A DNA stretch of 64,000 bases from assembly GCA_964016885.1 (NCBI GenBank), contig OZ024742.1:15004001-15068000 (forward strand). Direction: 5' to 3'. The notes beneath the pieces were generated by a model. The model saw only the letters and a list, made by a program, of their open reading frames with translations, was not told where the DNA came from and ran no database searches. This stretch comes from Eledone cirrhosa. Its lineage: Eukaryota. Positions 38,901 through 56,900 of this stretch are shown here, piece after piece. The position numbers and the translations under genes are program-made. Every line of letters begins with the position of its first letter. Within the stretch, counting starts at the first letter, position 1.

Positions 38901-41900
38901 ATATATATTGGTGAGGTGGCACCACTTAGCTCAAACTAATCACATCTAAATTACCATATATATTGGTGAGGTGCCACCACTTAGCTCAATCTCATCATAT
39001 CTAAATTACCATATATATTGGTGAGGTGGCACCACTTAACTCAAACTAATCATATCTAAATTACCATATATATATATTGGTGAGGTGGCACCACTAAGCT
39101 CAAACTAATCATATCTAAATTACCATATATATATATTGGTGAGGTGGCACCACTTAGCTCAACCTAATCACATCTAAATTACCATATATATTGGTGAGGT
39201 GGCACCACTTAGCTCAAACTAATCATATCTAAATTACCATATATATTGGTGAGGTGGCACCACTTAGCTCAAACTAATCATATCTAAATTACCATATATA
39301 TTGGTGAGGTGGCACCACTTAGCTCAAACTAATCATATCTAAATTACCATATATATATATATTGGTGAGGTGGCAGCACTTAGCTCAAACTAATCATATC
39401 TAAATTACCATATATATATATATTGGTGAGGTGGCACCACTTAGCTCAAACTAATCATATCTAAATTACCATATATATTGGTGAGGTGGCACCACTTAGC
39501 TCAAACTAATCATATCTAAATTACCATATATATTGGTGAGGTGGCACCACTTAGCTCAAACTAATCATATCTAAATTACCATATATATATATTGGTGAGG
39601 TGGTACCACTTAGCTCAAACTAATCACATCTAAATTACCATATATATTGGTGAGGTGGCACCACTTAACTCAAACTAATCATATCTAAATTACCATATAT
39701 ATTGGTGAGGTGGCACCACTTAGCTCAAACTAATCAGATCTAAATTACCATATATATATATATTGGTGAGGTGGCACCACTTAGCTCAAACTAATCACAT
39801 CTAAATTACCATATATATATATTGGTGAGGTGGCACCACTTAGCTCAAACTAATCACATCTAAATTACCAGATATATATATTGGTGAGGTGGCACCACTT
39901 AGCTCAAACTAATCATATCTAAATTACCATATATATATATTGGTGAGGTGGCACCACTTAGCTCAAACTAATCATATCCAAATTACCATATATATGACCA
40001 TCCAAACCCATGCAAGCGTGGAACACGGACGTCAAACGATGATGATGATGATGATTGGTGAGGTCGCACCACTTAGCTCAAACTAATCATATCTAAATTA
40101 CCATATATATATATATATATTGGTGAGGTGGCACCACTAAGCTGAAACTAATCATATCTAAATTACCATATATATATATTGGTGAGGTGGCACCACTTAG
40201 CTCAAACTAATCATATCTAAATTACCATATATATTGGTGAGGTGGCACCACTTAGCTCAAACTAATCACATCTAAATTACCATATATATATATTGGTGAG
40301 GTGGTACCACTTAGCTCAAACTAATCATATCTAAATTACCATATATATTGGTGAGGTGGCACCACTTAGCTCAAACTAATCATATCTAAATTACCGTATA
40401 TATTGGTGAGGTGGCACCACTTAGCTCAAACTAATCATATCTAAATTACCATATATATATATTGGTGAGGTGGCACCACTTAGCTCAAACTAATCATATC
40501 TAAATTACCATATATATTGGTGAGGTGGCACCACTTAGCTCAAACTAATCATATCTAAATTACCATATATATATATTGGTGAGGTGGTACCACTTAGCTC
40601 AAACTAATCTCATCTAAATTACCATATATATTGGTGAGGTGGCACCACTTAGCTCAAACTAATCATATCTAAATTACCATATATATTGGTGAGGTGGAAC
40701 CACTTAGCTCAAACTAATCATATCTAACTTACCATATATATATATATTGGTGAGGTGGCACCACTTAGCTCAAACTAATCATATCTAAATTAACATATAT
40801 ACATATATTGGTGAGGTGGCACCACTTAGCTCAAACTAATCATATCTAAATTACCATATATATTGGTGAGGTGGCACCACTTAGCTCAAACTAATCATAT
40901 CTAAATTACCATATATATATATTGGTGAGGTGGCACCACTTAGCTCAAACTAATCACATCTAAATTACCATATATATATATATTGGTGAGGTGGCACCAC
41001 TTAGCTCAAACTAATCACATCTAAATTACCATATATATATATTGGTGAGGTGGTACCACTTAGCTCAAACTAATCATATCTAAATTACCATATATATTGG
41101 TGAGGTGGCACCACTTAGCTCAAACTAATCACATCTAAATTACCATATATATATATTGGTGAGGTGGTACCACTTAGCTCAAACTAATCACATCTAAATT
41201 ACCATATATATATATTGGTGAGGTGGCACCACTTAGCTCAAACTAATCATATCTAAATTACCATATACATATATTGGTGAGGTGGCACCACTTAGCTCAA
41301 ACTAATCATATCTAAATTACCATATATATTGGTGAGGTGGCACCACTTAGCTCAAACTAATCATATCTAAATTACCATATATATTGGTGAGGTGGCACCA
41401 CTTAGCTCAAACTAATCATATCTAAATTACCATATATATTGGTGAGGTGGCACCACTTAGCTCAAACTAATCATATCTAAATTACCATATATATATATAT
41501 ATATTGGTGAGGTGGCACCACTAAGCTGAAACTAATCATATCTAAATTACCATATATATATATTGGTGAGGTGGCACCACTTAGCTCAAACTAATCATAT
41601 CTAAATTACCATCTATATATATTGGTGAGGTGGCACCACTTAGCTCAAACTAATCATATCTAAATTACCATATATATGGCCATCCAAACCCATGCAAGCG
41701 TGGAACACGGACGTCAAACGATGATGATGATGATGATGATTGGTGAGGTGGCACCACTTAGCTCAAACTAATCATATCTAAATTACCATATATATATATA
41801 TTGGTGAGGTGGCACCACTAAGCTGAAACTAATCATATCTAAATTACCATATATATATATTGGTGAGGTGGCACCACTTAGTTCAAACTAATCATATCTA

Positions 41901-44900
41901 AATTACCATATATATATATTGGTGAGGTGGCACCACTTAGCTCAAACTAATCATATCTAAATTACCATATATATATATTGGTGAGGTGGCACCACTTAAC
42001 TCAAAACTAAACATATCTAAATTACTATATATATATATTGGTGAGGTGGCATCACTTAGCTCAAACTAATCATATCTAAATTACCATATATATATTGGTG
42101 AGGTGGCACCACTTAGTTCAAACTAATCATATCTAAATTACGATATATATATATTGGTGAGCTGGCACCACTTAGCTCAAACTAATCACATCTAAATTAC
42201 CATATATATTGGTGAGGTGGCACCACTTAGCTCAAACTAATCATATCTAAATTACCATATATATTGGTGAGGTGGCACCACTTAGCTCAAACTAATCATA
42301 TCTAAATTACCATATATATATATATTGGTGAGGTGGCACCACTTAGCTCAAACTAATCATATCTAAATTAACATATATACATATATTGGTGAGGTGGTAC
42401 CACTTAGCTCAAACTAATCACATCTAAATTACCATATATATTGGTGAGGTGGCACCACTTAGCTCAAACTAATCATGTCTAAATTACCATATATATTGGT
42501 GAGGTGGCACCACTTAGCTCAAACTAATCATATCTAAATTACCATATATATATATATTGGTGAGGTGGCACCACTTAGCTCAAACTAATCACATCTAAAT
42601 TACCATATATATATATTGGTGAGGTGGTACCACTTAGCTCAAACTAATCACATCTAAATTACCATATATATATATTGGTGAGGTGGCACCACTTAGCTCA
42701 AACTAATCATATCTAAATTACCATATATATATATTGGTGAGGTGGTACCACTTAGCTCAAACTAATCACATCTAAATTACCATATATATATATTGGTGAG
42801 GTGGTACCACTTAGCTCCAACTAATCATATCTAAATTACCATATATATATATATATTGGTGAGGTGGCACCACTAAGCTGAAACTAATCATATCTAAATT
42901 ACCATATATATATATTGGTGAGGTGGCACCACTTAGCTCAAACTAATCATATCTAAATTACCATATATATATATTGGTGAGGTGGCACCACTTAGCTCAA
43001 ACTAATCATATCTAAATTACCATATATATGGCCATCCAAACCCATGCAAGCGTGGAACACGGACGTCAAACGATGATGATGATGATGATGATTGGTGAGG
43101 TGGCACCACTTAGCTCAAACTAATCATATCTAAATTACCATATATATATATATATTGGTGAGGTGGCACCACTAAGCTGAAACTAATCATATCTAAATTA
43201 CCATATATATATATTGGTGAGGTGGCACCACTTAGTTCAAACTAATCACGTCTAAATTACCATATATATTGGTGAGGTGGCACCACTTAGCTCAAACTAA
43301 TCATATCTAAATTACCATATATATATATTGGTGAGGTGGCACCACTTAACTCAAACTAAACATATCTAAATTACTATATATATATATTGGTGAGGTGGCA
43401 CCACTTAGCTCAAACTAATCACATCTAAATTACCATATATATATATTGGTGAGGTGGCACCACTTAGCTCAAACTAATCACATCTAAATTACCATATATA
43501 TTGGTGAGGTGGCACCACTTAGCTCAAACTAATCATATCTAAATTACCATATATATTGGTGAGGTGGCACCACTTAGCTCAAACTAATCACATCTAAATT
43601 ACCATATATATTGGTGAGGTGCCACCACTTAGCTCAATCTCATCATATCTAAATTACCATATATATTGGTGAGGTGGCACCACTTAACTCAAACTAATCA
43701 TATCTAAATTACCATATATATATATTGGTGAGGTGGCACCACTAAGCTCAAACTAATCATATCTAAATTACCATATATATATATTGGTGAGGTGGCACCA
43801 CTTAGCTCAACCTAATCACATCTAAATTACCATATATATTGGTGAGGTGGCACCACTTAGCTCAAACTAATCATATCTAAATTACCATATATATTGGTGA
43901 GGTGGCACCACTTAGCTCAAACTAATCATATCTAAATTACCATATATATTGGTGAGGTGGCACCACTTAGCTCAAACTAATCATATCTAAATTACCATAT
44001 ATATATATATTGGTGAGGTGGCAGCACTTAGCTCAAACTAATCATATCTAAATTACCATATATATATATATTGGTGAGGTGGCACCACTTAGCTCAAACT
44101 AATCATATCTAAATTACCATATATATTGGTGAGGTGGCACCACTTAGCTCAAACTAATCATATCTAAATTACCATATATATTGGTGAGGTGGCACCACTT
44201 AGCTCAAACTAATCATATCTAAATTACCATATATATATATTGGTGAGGTGGTACCACTTAGCTCAAACTAATCACATCTAAATTACCATATATATTGGTG
44301 AGGTGGCACCACTTAACTCAAACTAATCATATCTAAATTACCATATATATTGGTGAGGTGGCACCACTTAGCTCAAACTAATCAGATCTAAATTACCATA
44401 TATATATATATTGGTGAGGTGGCACCACTTAGCTCAAACTAATCACATCTAAATTACCATATATATATATTGGTGAGGTGGCACCACTTAGCTCAAACTA
44501 ATCACATCTAAATTACCAGATATATATATTGGTGAGGTGGCACCACTTAGCTCAAACTAATCATATCTAAATTACCATATATATATATTGGTGAGGTGGC
44601 ACCACTTAGCTCAAACTAATCATATCTAAATTACCATATATATGACCATCCAAACCCATGCAAGCGTGGAACACGGACGTCAAACGATGATGATGATGAT
44701 GATTGGTGAGGTCGCACCACTTAGCTCAAACTAATCATATCTAAATTACCATATATATATATATATATTGGTGAGGTGGCACCACTAAGCTGAAACTAAT
44801 CATATCTAAATTACCATATATATATATTGGTGAGGTGGCACCACTTAGCTCAAACTAATCATATCTAAATTACCATATATATTGGTGAGGTGGCACCACT

Positions 44901-47900
44901 TAGCTCAAACTAATCACATCTAAATTACCATATATATATATTGGTGAGGTGGTACCACTTAGCTCAAACTAATCATATCTAAATTACCATATATATTGGT
45001 GAGGTGGCACCACTTAGCTCAAACTAATCATATCTAAATTACCGTATATATTGGTGAGGTGGCACCACTTAGCTCAAACTAATCATATCTAAATTACCAT
45101 ATATATATATTGGTGAGGTGGCACCACTTAGCTCAAACTAATCATATCTAAATTACCATATATATTGGTGAGGTGGCACCACTTAGCTCAAACTAATCAT
45201 ATCTAAATTACCATATATATATATTGGTGAGGTGGTACCACTTAGCTCAAACTAATCTCATCTAAATTACCATATATATTGGTGAGGTGGCACCACTTAG
45301 CTCAAACTAATCATATCTAAATTACCATATATATTGGTGAGGTGGAACCACTTAGCTCAAACTAATCATATCTAACTTACCATATATATATATATTGGTG
45401 AGGTGGCACCACTTAGCTCAAACTAATCATATCTAAATTAACATATATATATATATTGGTGAGGTGGCACCACTTAGCTCAAACTAATCATATCTAAATT
45501 ACCATATATATTGGTGAGGTGGCACCACTTAGCTCAAACTAATCATATCTAAATTACCATATATATATATTGGTGAGGTGGCACCACTTAGCTCAAACTA
45601 ATCACATCTAAATTACCATATATATATATATTGGTGAGGTGGCACCACTTAGCTCAAACTAATCACATCTAAATTACCATATATATATATTGGTGAGGTG
45701 GTACCACTTAGCTCAAACTAATCATATCTAAATTACCATATATATTGGTGAGGTGGCACCACTTAGCTCAAACTAATCACATCTAAATTACCATATATAT
45801 ATATTGGTGAGGTGGTACCACTTAGCTCAAACTAATCACATCTAAATTACCATATATATATATTGGTGAGGTGGCACCACTTAGCTCAAACTAATCATAT
45901 CTAAATTACCATATACATATATTGGTGAGGTGGCACCACTTAGCTCAAACTAATCATATCTAAATTACCATATATATTGGTGAGGTGGCACCACTTAGCT
46001 CAAACTAATCATATCTAAATTACCATATATATTGGTGAGGTGGCACCACTTAGCTCAAACTAATCATATCTAAATTACCATATATATTGGTGAGGTGGCA
46101 CCACTTAGCTCAAACTAATCATATCTAAATTACCATATATATATATATATATTGGTGAGGTGGCACCACTAAGCTGAAACTAATCATATCTAAATTACCA
46201 TATATATATATTGGTGAGGTGGCACCACTTAGCTCAAACTAATCATATCTAAATTACCATCTATATATATTGGTGAGGTGGCACCACTTAGCTCAAACTA
46301 ATCATATCTAAATTACCATATATATGGCCATCCAAACCCATGCAAGCGTGGAACACGGACGTCAAACGATGATGATGATGATGATGATTGGTGAGGTGGC
46401 ACCACTTAGCTCAAACTAATCATATCTAAATTACCATATATATATATATTGGTGAGGTGGCACCACTAAGCTGAAACTAATCATATCTAAATTACCATAT
46501 ATATATATTGGTGAGGTGGCACCACTTAGTTCAAACTAATCATATCTAAATTACCATATATATATATTGGTGAGGTGGCACCACTTAGCTCAAACTAATC
46601 ATATCTAAATTACCATATATATATATTGGTGAGGTGGCACCACTTAACTCAAAACTAAACATATCTAAATTACTATATATATATATTGGTGAGGTGGCAT
46701 CACTTAGCTCAAACTAATCATATCTAAATTACCATATATATATTGGTGAGGTGGCACCACTTAGTTCAAACTAATCATATCTAAATTACGATATATATAT
46801 ATTGGTGAGCTGGCACCACTTAGCTCAAACTAATCACATCTAAATTACCATATATATTGGTGAGGTGGCACCACTTAGCTCAAACTAATCATATCTAAAT
46901 TACCATATATATTGGTGAGGTGGCACCACTTAGCTCAAACTAATCATATCTAAATTACCATATATATATATATTGGTGAGGTGGCACCACTTTGCTCAAA
47001 CTAATCATATCTAAATTAACATATATACATATATTGGTGAGGTGGTACCACTTAGCTCAAACTAATCACATCTAAATTACCATATATATTGGTGAGGTGG
47101 CACCACTTAGCTCAAACTAATCATGTCTAAATTACCATATATATTGGTGAGGTGGCACCACTTAGCTCAAACTAATCATATCTAAATTGCCATATATATA
47201 TATATTGGTGAGGTGGCACCACTTAGCTCAAACTAATCACATCTAAATTACCATATATATATATTGGTGAGGTGGTACCACTTAGCTCAAACTAATCACA
47301 TCTAAATTACCATATATATATATTGGTGAGGTGGCACCACTTAGCTCAAACTAATCATATCTAAATTACCATATATATATATTGGTGAGGTGGTACCACT
47401 TAGCTCAAACTAATCACATCTAAATTACCATATATATATATTGGTGAGGTGGTACCACTTAGCTCAAACTAATCATATCTAAATTACCATATATATATAT
47501 ATATTGGTGAGGTGGCACTACTAAGCTGAAACTAATCATATCTAAATTACCATATATATATATTGGTGAGGTGGCACCACTTAGCTCAAACTAATCATAT
47601 CTAAATTACCATATATATATATTGGTGAGGTGGCACCACTTAGCTCAAACTAATCATATCTAAATTACCATATATATGGCCATCCAAACCCATGCAAGCG
47701 TGGAACACGGACGTCAAACGATGATGATGATGATGATGATTGGTGAGGTGGCACCACTTAGCTCAAACTAATCATATCTAAATTACCATATATATATATA
47801 TATTGGTGAGGTGGCACCACTAAGCTGAAACTAATCATATCTAAATTACCATATATATATATTGGTGAGGTGGCACCACTTAGTTCAAACTAATCACGTC

Positions 47901-50900
47901 TAAATTACCATATATATTGGTGAGGTGGCACCACTTAGCTCAAACTAATCATATCTAAATTACCATATATATATATTGGTGAGGTGGCACCACTTAACTC
48001 AAACTAAACATATCTAAATTACTATATATATATATTGGTGAGGTGGCACCACTTAGCTCAAACTAATCACATCTAAATTACCATATATATATATATTGGT
48101 GAGGTGGCACTACTTAGCTCAAACTAATCATATCTAAATTACCATATATATATATTGGTGAGGTGGCACCACTTAGCTCAAACTAATCATATCTAAATTA
48201 CCATATATATATATTGGTGAGGTGGTACCACTTAGCTCAAACTAATCACATCTAAATTACCATATATATTGGTGAGGTGGCACCACTTAGCTCAAACTAA
48301 TTATATCTAAATTACCATATATATTGGTGATGTGGTACCACTTAGCTCAAACTAATCATATCTAAATTACCATATATATATATATTGGTGAGGTGGCACC
48401 ACTTAGCTCAAACTAATCATATCTAAATTACCATATATATTGGTGAGGTGGCACCACTTAGCTCAAACTAATCATATCTAAATTACCATATATATTGGTG
48501 AGGTGGTACCACTTAGCTCAAACTAATCATATCTAAATTACCATATATATATATTGGTGAGGTGGTACCACTTAGCTCAAACTAATCACATCTAAATTAC
48601 CATATATATTGGTGAGGTGGCACCACTTAGCACAAACTAATCATATCTAAATTACCATATATATTGGTGATGTGGCACCACTTAGCTCAAACTAATCACA
48701 TCTAAATTACCATATATATTGGTGAGGTGGCACCACTTAGCTCAAACTAATCATATCTAAATTACCATATATATTGGTGATGTGGCACCACTTAGCTCAA
48801 ACTAATCACATCTAAATTACCATATATATATATATTGGTGAGGTGGCACCACTTAGCTCAAACTAATCATATCTAAATTACCATATATATTGGTGAGGTG
48901 GCACCACTTAGCTCAAACTAATCATATCTAAATTAACATATATACATATATTGGTGAGGTGGCACCACTTTGCTCAAACTAATCATATCTAAATTACCAT
49001 ATATATTGGTGAGGTGGCACCACTTAGCTCAAACTAATCATATCTAAATTACCATATATATATATATTGGTGAGGTGGCACCACTTAGCTCAAACTAATC
49101 ATATCTAAATTACCATATATATTGGTGAGGTGGCACCACTTAGCTCAAACTAATCATATCTAAATTACCATATATATATATATTGGTGAGGTGGCACCAC
49201 TTAGCTCAAACTAATCATATCTAAATTACCATATATATTGGTGAGGTGGCACCACTTAGCTCAAACTAATCACATCTAAATTACCATATATATATATATT
49301 GGTGAGGTGGTACCACTTAGCTCAAACTAATCACATCTAAATTACCATATATATATATTGGTGAGGTGGCACCACTTAGCTCAAACTAATCATATCTAAA
49401 TTACCATATATATATATATTGGTGAGGTGGTACCACTTAGCTCAAACTAATCACATCTAAATTACCATATATATATATTGGTGAGGTGGTACCACTTAGC
49501 TCAAACTAATCATATCTAAATTACCATATATATTGGTGAGGTGGCACCACTTAGCTCAAACTAATCACATCTAAATTACCATATATATATATTGGTGAGG
49601 TGGTACCACTTAGCTCAAACTAATCATATCTAAATTACCATATATATATATTGGTGAGGTGGCACCACTTAGCTCAAACTAATCATATCTAAATTACCTT
49701 ATACATATATTGGTGAGGTGGCACCACTTAGCTCAAACTAATCATATCTAAATTACCATATATATTGGTGAGGTGGCACCACTTAGCTCAAACTAATCAT
49801 ATCTAAATTACCATATATATTGGTGAGGTGGCACCACTTAGCTCAAACTAATCATATCTAAATTACCATATATATTGGTGAGGTGGCACCACTTAGCTCA
49901 AACTAATCATATCTAAATTACCATATATATATATTGGTGAGGTGGCACCACTAAGCTGAAACTAATCATATCTAAATTACCATATATATATATTGGTGAG
50001 GTGGCACCACTTAGCTCAAACTAATCATATCTAAATTACCATATATATATATTGGTGAGGTGGCACCACTTAGCTCAAACTAATCATATCTAAATTACCA
50101 TATATATGGCCATCCAAACCCATGCAAGCGTGGAACACGGACGTCAAACGATGATGATGATGATGATGATTGGTGAGGTGGCACCACTTAGCTCAAACTA
50201 ATCATATCTAAATTACCATATATATATATATATTGGTGAGGTGGCACCACTAAGCTGAAACTAATCATATCTAAATTACCATATATATATATTGGTGAGG
50301 TGGCACCACTTAGTTCAAACTAATCATATCTAAATTACCATATATATATATTGGTGAGGTGGCACCACTTAGCTCAAACTAATCATATCTAAATTACCAT
50401 ATATATATATTGGTGAGGTGGCACCACTTAACTCAAACTAAACATATCTAAATTACTATATATATATATTGGTGAGGTGGCACCACTTAGCTCAAACTAA
50501 TCATATCTAAATTACCATATCTATATATTGGTGAGGTGGCACCACTTAGCTCAAACTAATCACATCTAAATTACCATATATATTGGTGAGGTGGCACCAC
50601 TTAGCTCAAACTAATCATATCTAAATTACCATATATATTGGTGAGGTGGCACCACTTAGCTCAAACTAATCACATCTAAATTACCATATATATTGGTGAG
50701 GTGGCACCACTTAGCTCAATCTCATCATATCTAAATTACCATATATATTGGTGAGGTGGCACCACTTAACTCAAACTAATCATATCTAAATTACCATATA
50801 TATATATTGGTGAGGTGGCACCACTTAGCTGAAACTAATCATATCTAAATTACCATATATATATATTGGTGAGGTGGCACCACTTAGCTCAAACTAATCA

Positions 50901-53900
50901 TATCTAAATTACCATATATATATATTGGTGAGGTGGCACCACTTAGCTCAAACTAATCATATCTAAATTACCATATATATTGGTGAGGTGGCACCACTTA
51001 GCTCAAACTAATCATATCTAAATTACCATATATATTGGTGAGGTGGCACCACTTAGCTCAAACTAATCATATCTAAATTACCATATATATATATATTGGT
51101 GAGGTGGCACCACTTAGCTCAAACTAATCATATCTAAATTACCATATATATTGGTGAGGTGGCACCACTTAGCTCAAACTAATCATATCTAAATTACCAT
51201 ATATATATATTGGTGAGGTGGTACCACTTAGCTCAAACTAATCACATCTAAATTACCATATATATTGGTGAGGTGGTACCACTTAGCTCAAACTAATCAC
51301 ATCTAAATTACCATATATATTGGTGAGGTGGCACCACTTAACTCAAACTAATCATATCTAAATTACCATATATATTGGTGAGGTGGCACCACTTAGCTCA
51401 AACTAATCATATCTAAATTACCATATATATATATATTGGTGAGGTGGCACCACTTAACTCAAACTAATCATATCTAAATTACCATATATATATATTGGTG
51501 AGGTGGTACCACTTAGCTCAAACTAATCACATCTAAATTACCATATATATTGGTGAGGTGGCACCACTTAGCTCAAACTAATCACATCTAAATTACCATA
51601 TATATTAGTGAGGTGCCACCACTTAGCTCAATCTCATCATATCTAAATTACCATATATATTGGTGAGGTGGCACCACTTAACTCAAACTAATCATATCTA
51701 AATTACCATATATATATATTGGTGTGGTGGCACCACTAAGCTCAAACTAATCATATCTAAATTACCATATATATATATTGGTGAGGTGGCACCACTTAGC
51801 TCAACCTAATCACATCTAAATTACCATATATATTGGTGAGGTGGCACCACTTAGCTCAAACTAATCATATCTAAATTACCATATATATTGGTGAGGTAGC
51901 ACCACTTAGCTCAAACTAATCATATCTAAATTACCATATATATTGGTGAGGTGGCACCACTTAGCTCAAACTAATCATATCTAAATTACCATATATATAT
52001 ATATTGGTGAGGTGGCAGCACTTAGCTCAAACTAATCATATCTAAATTACCATATATATTGGTGAGGTGGCACCACTTAGCTCAAACTAATCATATCTAA
52101 ATTACTATATATATTGGTGAGGTGGCACCACTTAGCTCAAACTAATCATATCTAAATTACCATATATATATATATTGGTGAGGTGGCACCACTTAGCTCA
52201 AACTAATCATATCTAAATTACCATATATATTGGTGAGGTGGCACCACTTAGCTCAAACTAATCATATCTAAATTACCATATATATATATTGGTGAGGTGG
52301 TACCACTTAGCTCAAACTAATCACATCTAAATTACCATATATATTGGTGAGGTGGTACCACTTAGCTCAAACTAATCACATCTAAATTACCATATATATT
52401 GGTGAGGTGGCACCACTTAACTCAAACTAATCATATCTAAATTACCATATATATTGGTGAGGTGGCACCACTTAGCTCAAACTAATCATATCTAAATTAC
52501 CATATATATATATATTGGTGAGGTGGCAGCACTTAGCTCAAACTAATCATATCTAAATTACCATATATATATATATTGGTGAGGTGGCACCACTTAGCTC
52601 AAACTAATCATATCTAAATTACCATATATATTGGTGAGGTGGCACCACTTAGCTCAAACTAATCATATCTAAATTACCATATATATATATATTGGTGAGG
52701 TGGCACCACTTAGCTCAAACTAATCACATCTAAATTACCATATATATATATTGGTGAGGTGGTACCACTTAGCTCAAACTAATCACATCTAAATTACCAT
52801 ATATATATATTGGTGAGGTGGCACCACTTAGCTCAAACTAATCATATCTAAATTACCATATATATATATTGGTGAGGTGGTACCACTTAGCTCAAACTAA
52901 TCACATCTAAATTACCATATATATATATTGGTGAGGTGGTACCACTTAGCTCAAACTAATCATATCTAAATTACCATATATATATATATATTGGTGAGGT
53001 GGCACTACTAAGCTGAAACTAATCATATCTAAATTACCATATATATATATTGGTGAGGTGGCACCACTTAGCTCAAACTAATCATATCTAAATTACCATA
53101 TATATATATTGGTGAGGTGGCACCACTTAGCTCAAACTAATCATATCTAAATTACCATATATATGGCCATCCAAACCCATGCAAGCGTGGAACACGGACG
53201 TCAAACGATGATGATGATGATGATGATTGGTGAGGTGGCACCACTTAGCTCAAACTAATCATATCTAAATTACCATATATATATATATATTGGTGAGGTG
53301 GCACCACTAAGCTGAAACTAATCATATCTAAATTACCATATATATATATTGGTGAGGTGGCACCACTTAGTTCAAACTAATCACGTCTAAATTACCATAT
53401 ATATTGGTGAGGTGGCACCACTTAGCTCAAACTAATCATATCTAAATTACCATATATATATATTGGTGAGGTGGCACCACTTAACTCAAACTAAACATAT
53501 CTAAATTACTATATATATATATTGGTGAGGTGGCACCACTTAGCTCAAACTAATCACATCTAAATTACCATATATATATATATTGGTGAGGTGGCACTAC
53601 TTAGCTCAAACTAATCATATCTAAATTACCATATATATATATTGGTGAGGTGGCACCACTTAGCTCAAACTAATCATATCTAAATTACCATATATATATA
53701 TTGGTGAGGTGGTACCACTTAGCTCAAACTAATCACATCTAAATTACCATATATATTGGTGAGGTGGCACCACTTAGCTCAAACTAATCATATCTAAATT
53801 ACCATATATATTGGTGATGTGGTACCACTTAGCTCAAACTAATCATATCTAAATTACCATATATATATATATTGGTGAGGTGGCACCACTTAGCTCAAAC

Positions 53901-56900
53901 TAATCATATCTAAATTACCATATATATTGGTGAGGTGGCACCACTTAGCTCAAACTAATCATATCTAAATTACCATATATATTGGTGAGGTGGTACCACT
54001 TAGCTCAAACTAATCATATCTAAATTACCATATATATATATTGGTGAGGTGGTACCACTTAGCTCAAACTAATCACATCTAAATTACCATATATATTGGT
54101 GAGGTGGCACCACTTAGCACAAACTAATCATATCTAAATTACCATATATATTGGTGATGTGGCACCACTTAGCTCAAACTAATCACATCTAAATTACCAT
54201 ATATATTGGTGAGGTGGCACCACTTAGCTCAAACTAATCATATCTAAATTACCATATATATTGGTGATGTGGCACCACTTAGCTCAAACTAATCACATCT
54301 AAATTACCATATATATATATATTGGTGAGGTGGCACCACTTAGCTCAAACTAATCATATCTAAATTACCATATATATTGGTGAGGTGGCACCACTTAGCT
54401 CAAACTAATCATATCTAAATTAACATATATACATATATTGGTGAGGTGGCACCACTTTGCTCAAACTAATCATATCTAAATTACCATATATATTGGTGAG
54501 GTGGCACCACTTAGCTCAAACTAATCATATCTAAATTACCATATATATATATATTGGTGAGGTGGCACCACTTAGCTCAAACTAATCATATCTAAATTAC
54601 CATATATATTGGTGAGGTGGCACCACTTAGCTCAAACTAATCATATCTAAATTACCATATATATATATATTGGTGAGGTGGCACCACTTAGCTCAAACTA
54701 ATCATATCTAAATTACCATATATATTGGTGAGGTGGCACCACTTAGCTCAAACTAATCACATCTAAATTACCATATATATATATATTGGTGAGGTGGTAC
54801 CACTTAGCTCAAACTAATCACATCTAAATTACCATATATATATATTGGTGAGGTGGCACCACTTAGCTCAAACTAATCATATCTAAATTACCATATATAT
54901 ATATATTGGTGAGGTGGTACCACTTAGCTCAAACTAATCACATCTAAATTACCATATATATATATTGGTGAGGTGGTACCACTTAGCTCAAACTAATCAT
55001 ATCTAAATTACCATATATATTGGTGAGGTGGCACCACTTAGCTCAAACTAATCACATCTAAATTACCATATATATATATTGGTGAGGTGGTACCACTTAG
55101 CTCAAACTAATCATATCTAAATTACCATATATATATATTGGTGAGGTGGCACCACTTAGCTCAAACTAATCATATCTAAATTACCTTATACATATATTGG
55201 TGAGGTGGCACCACTTAGCTCAAACTAATCATATCTAAATTACCATATATATTGGTGAGGTGGCACCACTTAGCTCAAACTAATCATATCTAAATTACCA
55301 TATATATTGGTGAGGTGGCACCACTTAGCTCAAACTAATCATATCTAAATTACCATATATATTGGTGAGGTGGCACCACTTAGCTCAAACTAATCATATC
55401 TAAATTACCATATATATATATTGGTGAGGTGGCACCACTAAGCTGAAACTAATCATATCTAAATTACCATATATATATATTGGTGAGGTGGCACCACTTA
55501 GCTCAAACTAATCATATCTAAATTACCATATATATATATTGGTGAGGTGGCACCACTTAGCTCAAACTAATCATATCTAAATTACCATATATATGGCCAT
55601 CCAAACCCATGCAAGCGTGGAACACGGACGTCAAACGATGATGATGATGATGATGATTGGTGAGGTGGCACCACTTAGCTCAAACTAATCATATCTAAAT
55701 TACCATATATATATATATATTGGTGAGGTGGCACCACTAAGCTGAAACTAATCATATCTAAATTACCATATATATATATTGGTGAGGTGGCACCACTTAG
55801 TTCAAACTAATCATATCTAAATTACCATATATATATATTGGTGAGGTGGCACCACTTAGCTCAAACTAATCATATCTAAATTACCATATATATATATTGG
55901 TGAGGTGGCACCACTTAACTCAAACTAAACATATCTAAATTACTATATATATATATTGGTGAGGTGGCACCACTTAGCTCAAACTAATCATATCTAAATT
56001 ACCATATCTATATATTGGTGAGGTGGCACCACTTAGCTCAAACTAATCACATCTAAATTACCATATATATTGGTGAGGTGGCACCACTTAGCTCAAACTA
56101 ATCATATCTAAATTACCATATATATTGGTGAGGTGGCACCACTTAGCTCAAACTAATCACATCTAAATTACCATATATATTGGTGAGGTGGCACCACTTA
56201 GCTCAATCTCATCATATCTAAATTACCATATATATTGGTGAGGTGGCACCACTTAACTCAAACTAATCATATCTAAATTACCATATATATATATTGGTGA
56301 GGTGGCACCACTTAGCTGAAACTAATCATATCTAAATTACCATATATATATATTGGTGAGGTGGCACCACTTAGCTCAAACTAATCATATCTAAATTACC
56401 ATATATATATATTGGTGAGGTGGCACCACTTAGCTCAAACTAATCATATCTAAATTACCATATATATTGGTGAGGTGGCACCACTTAGCTCAAACTAATC
56501 ATATCTAAATTACCATATATATTGGTGAGGTGGCACCACTTAGCTCAAACTAATCATATCTAAATTACCATATATATATATATTGGTGAGGTGGCACCAC
56601 TTAGCTCAAACTAATCATATCTAAATTACCATATATATTGGTGAGGTGGCACCACTTAGCTCAAACTAATCATATCTAAATTACCATATATATATATTGG
56701 TGAGGTGGTACCACTTAGCTCAAACTAATCACATCTAAATTACCATATATATTGGTGAGGTGGTACCACTTAGCTCAAACTAATCACATCTAAATTACCA
56801 TATATATTGGTGAGGTGGCACCACTTAACTCAAACTAATCATATCTAAATTACCATATATATTGGTGAGGTGGCACCACTTAGCTCAAACTAATCATATC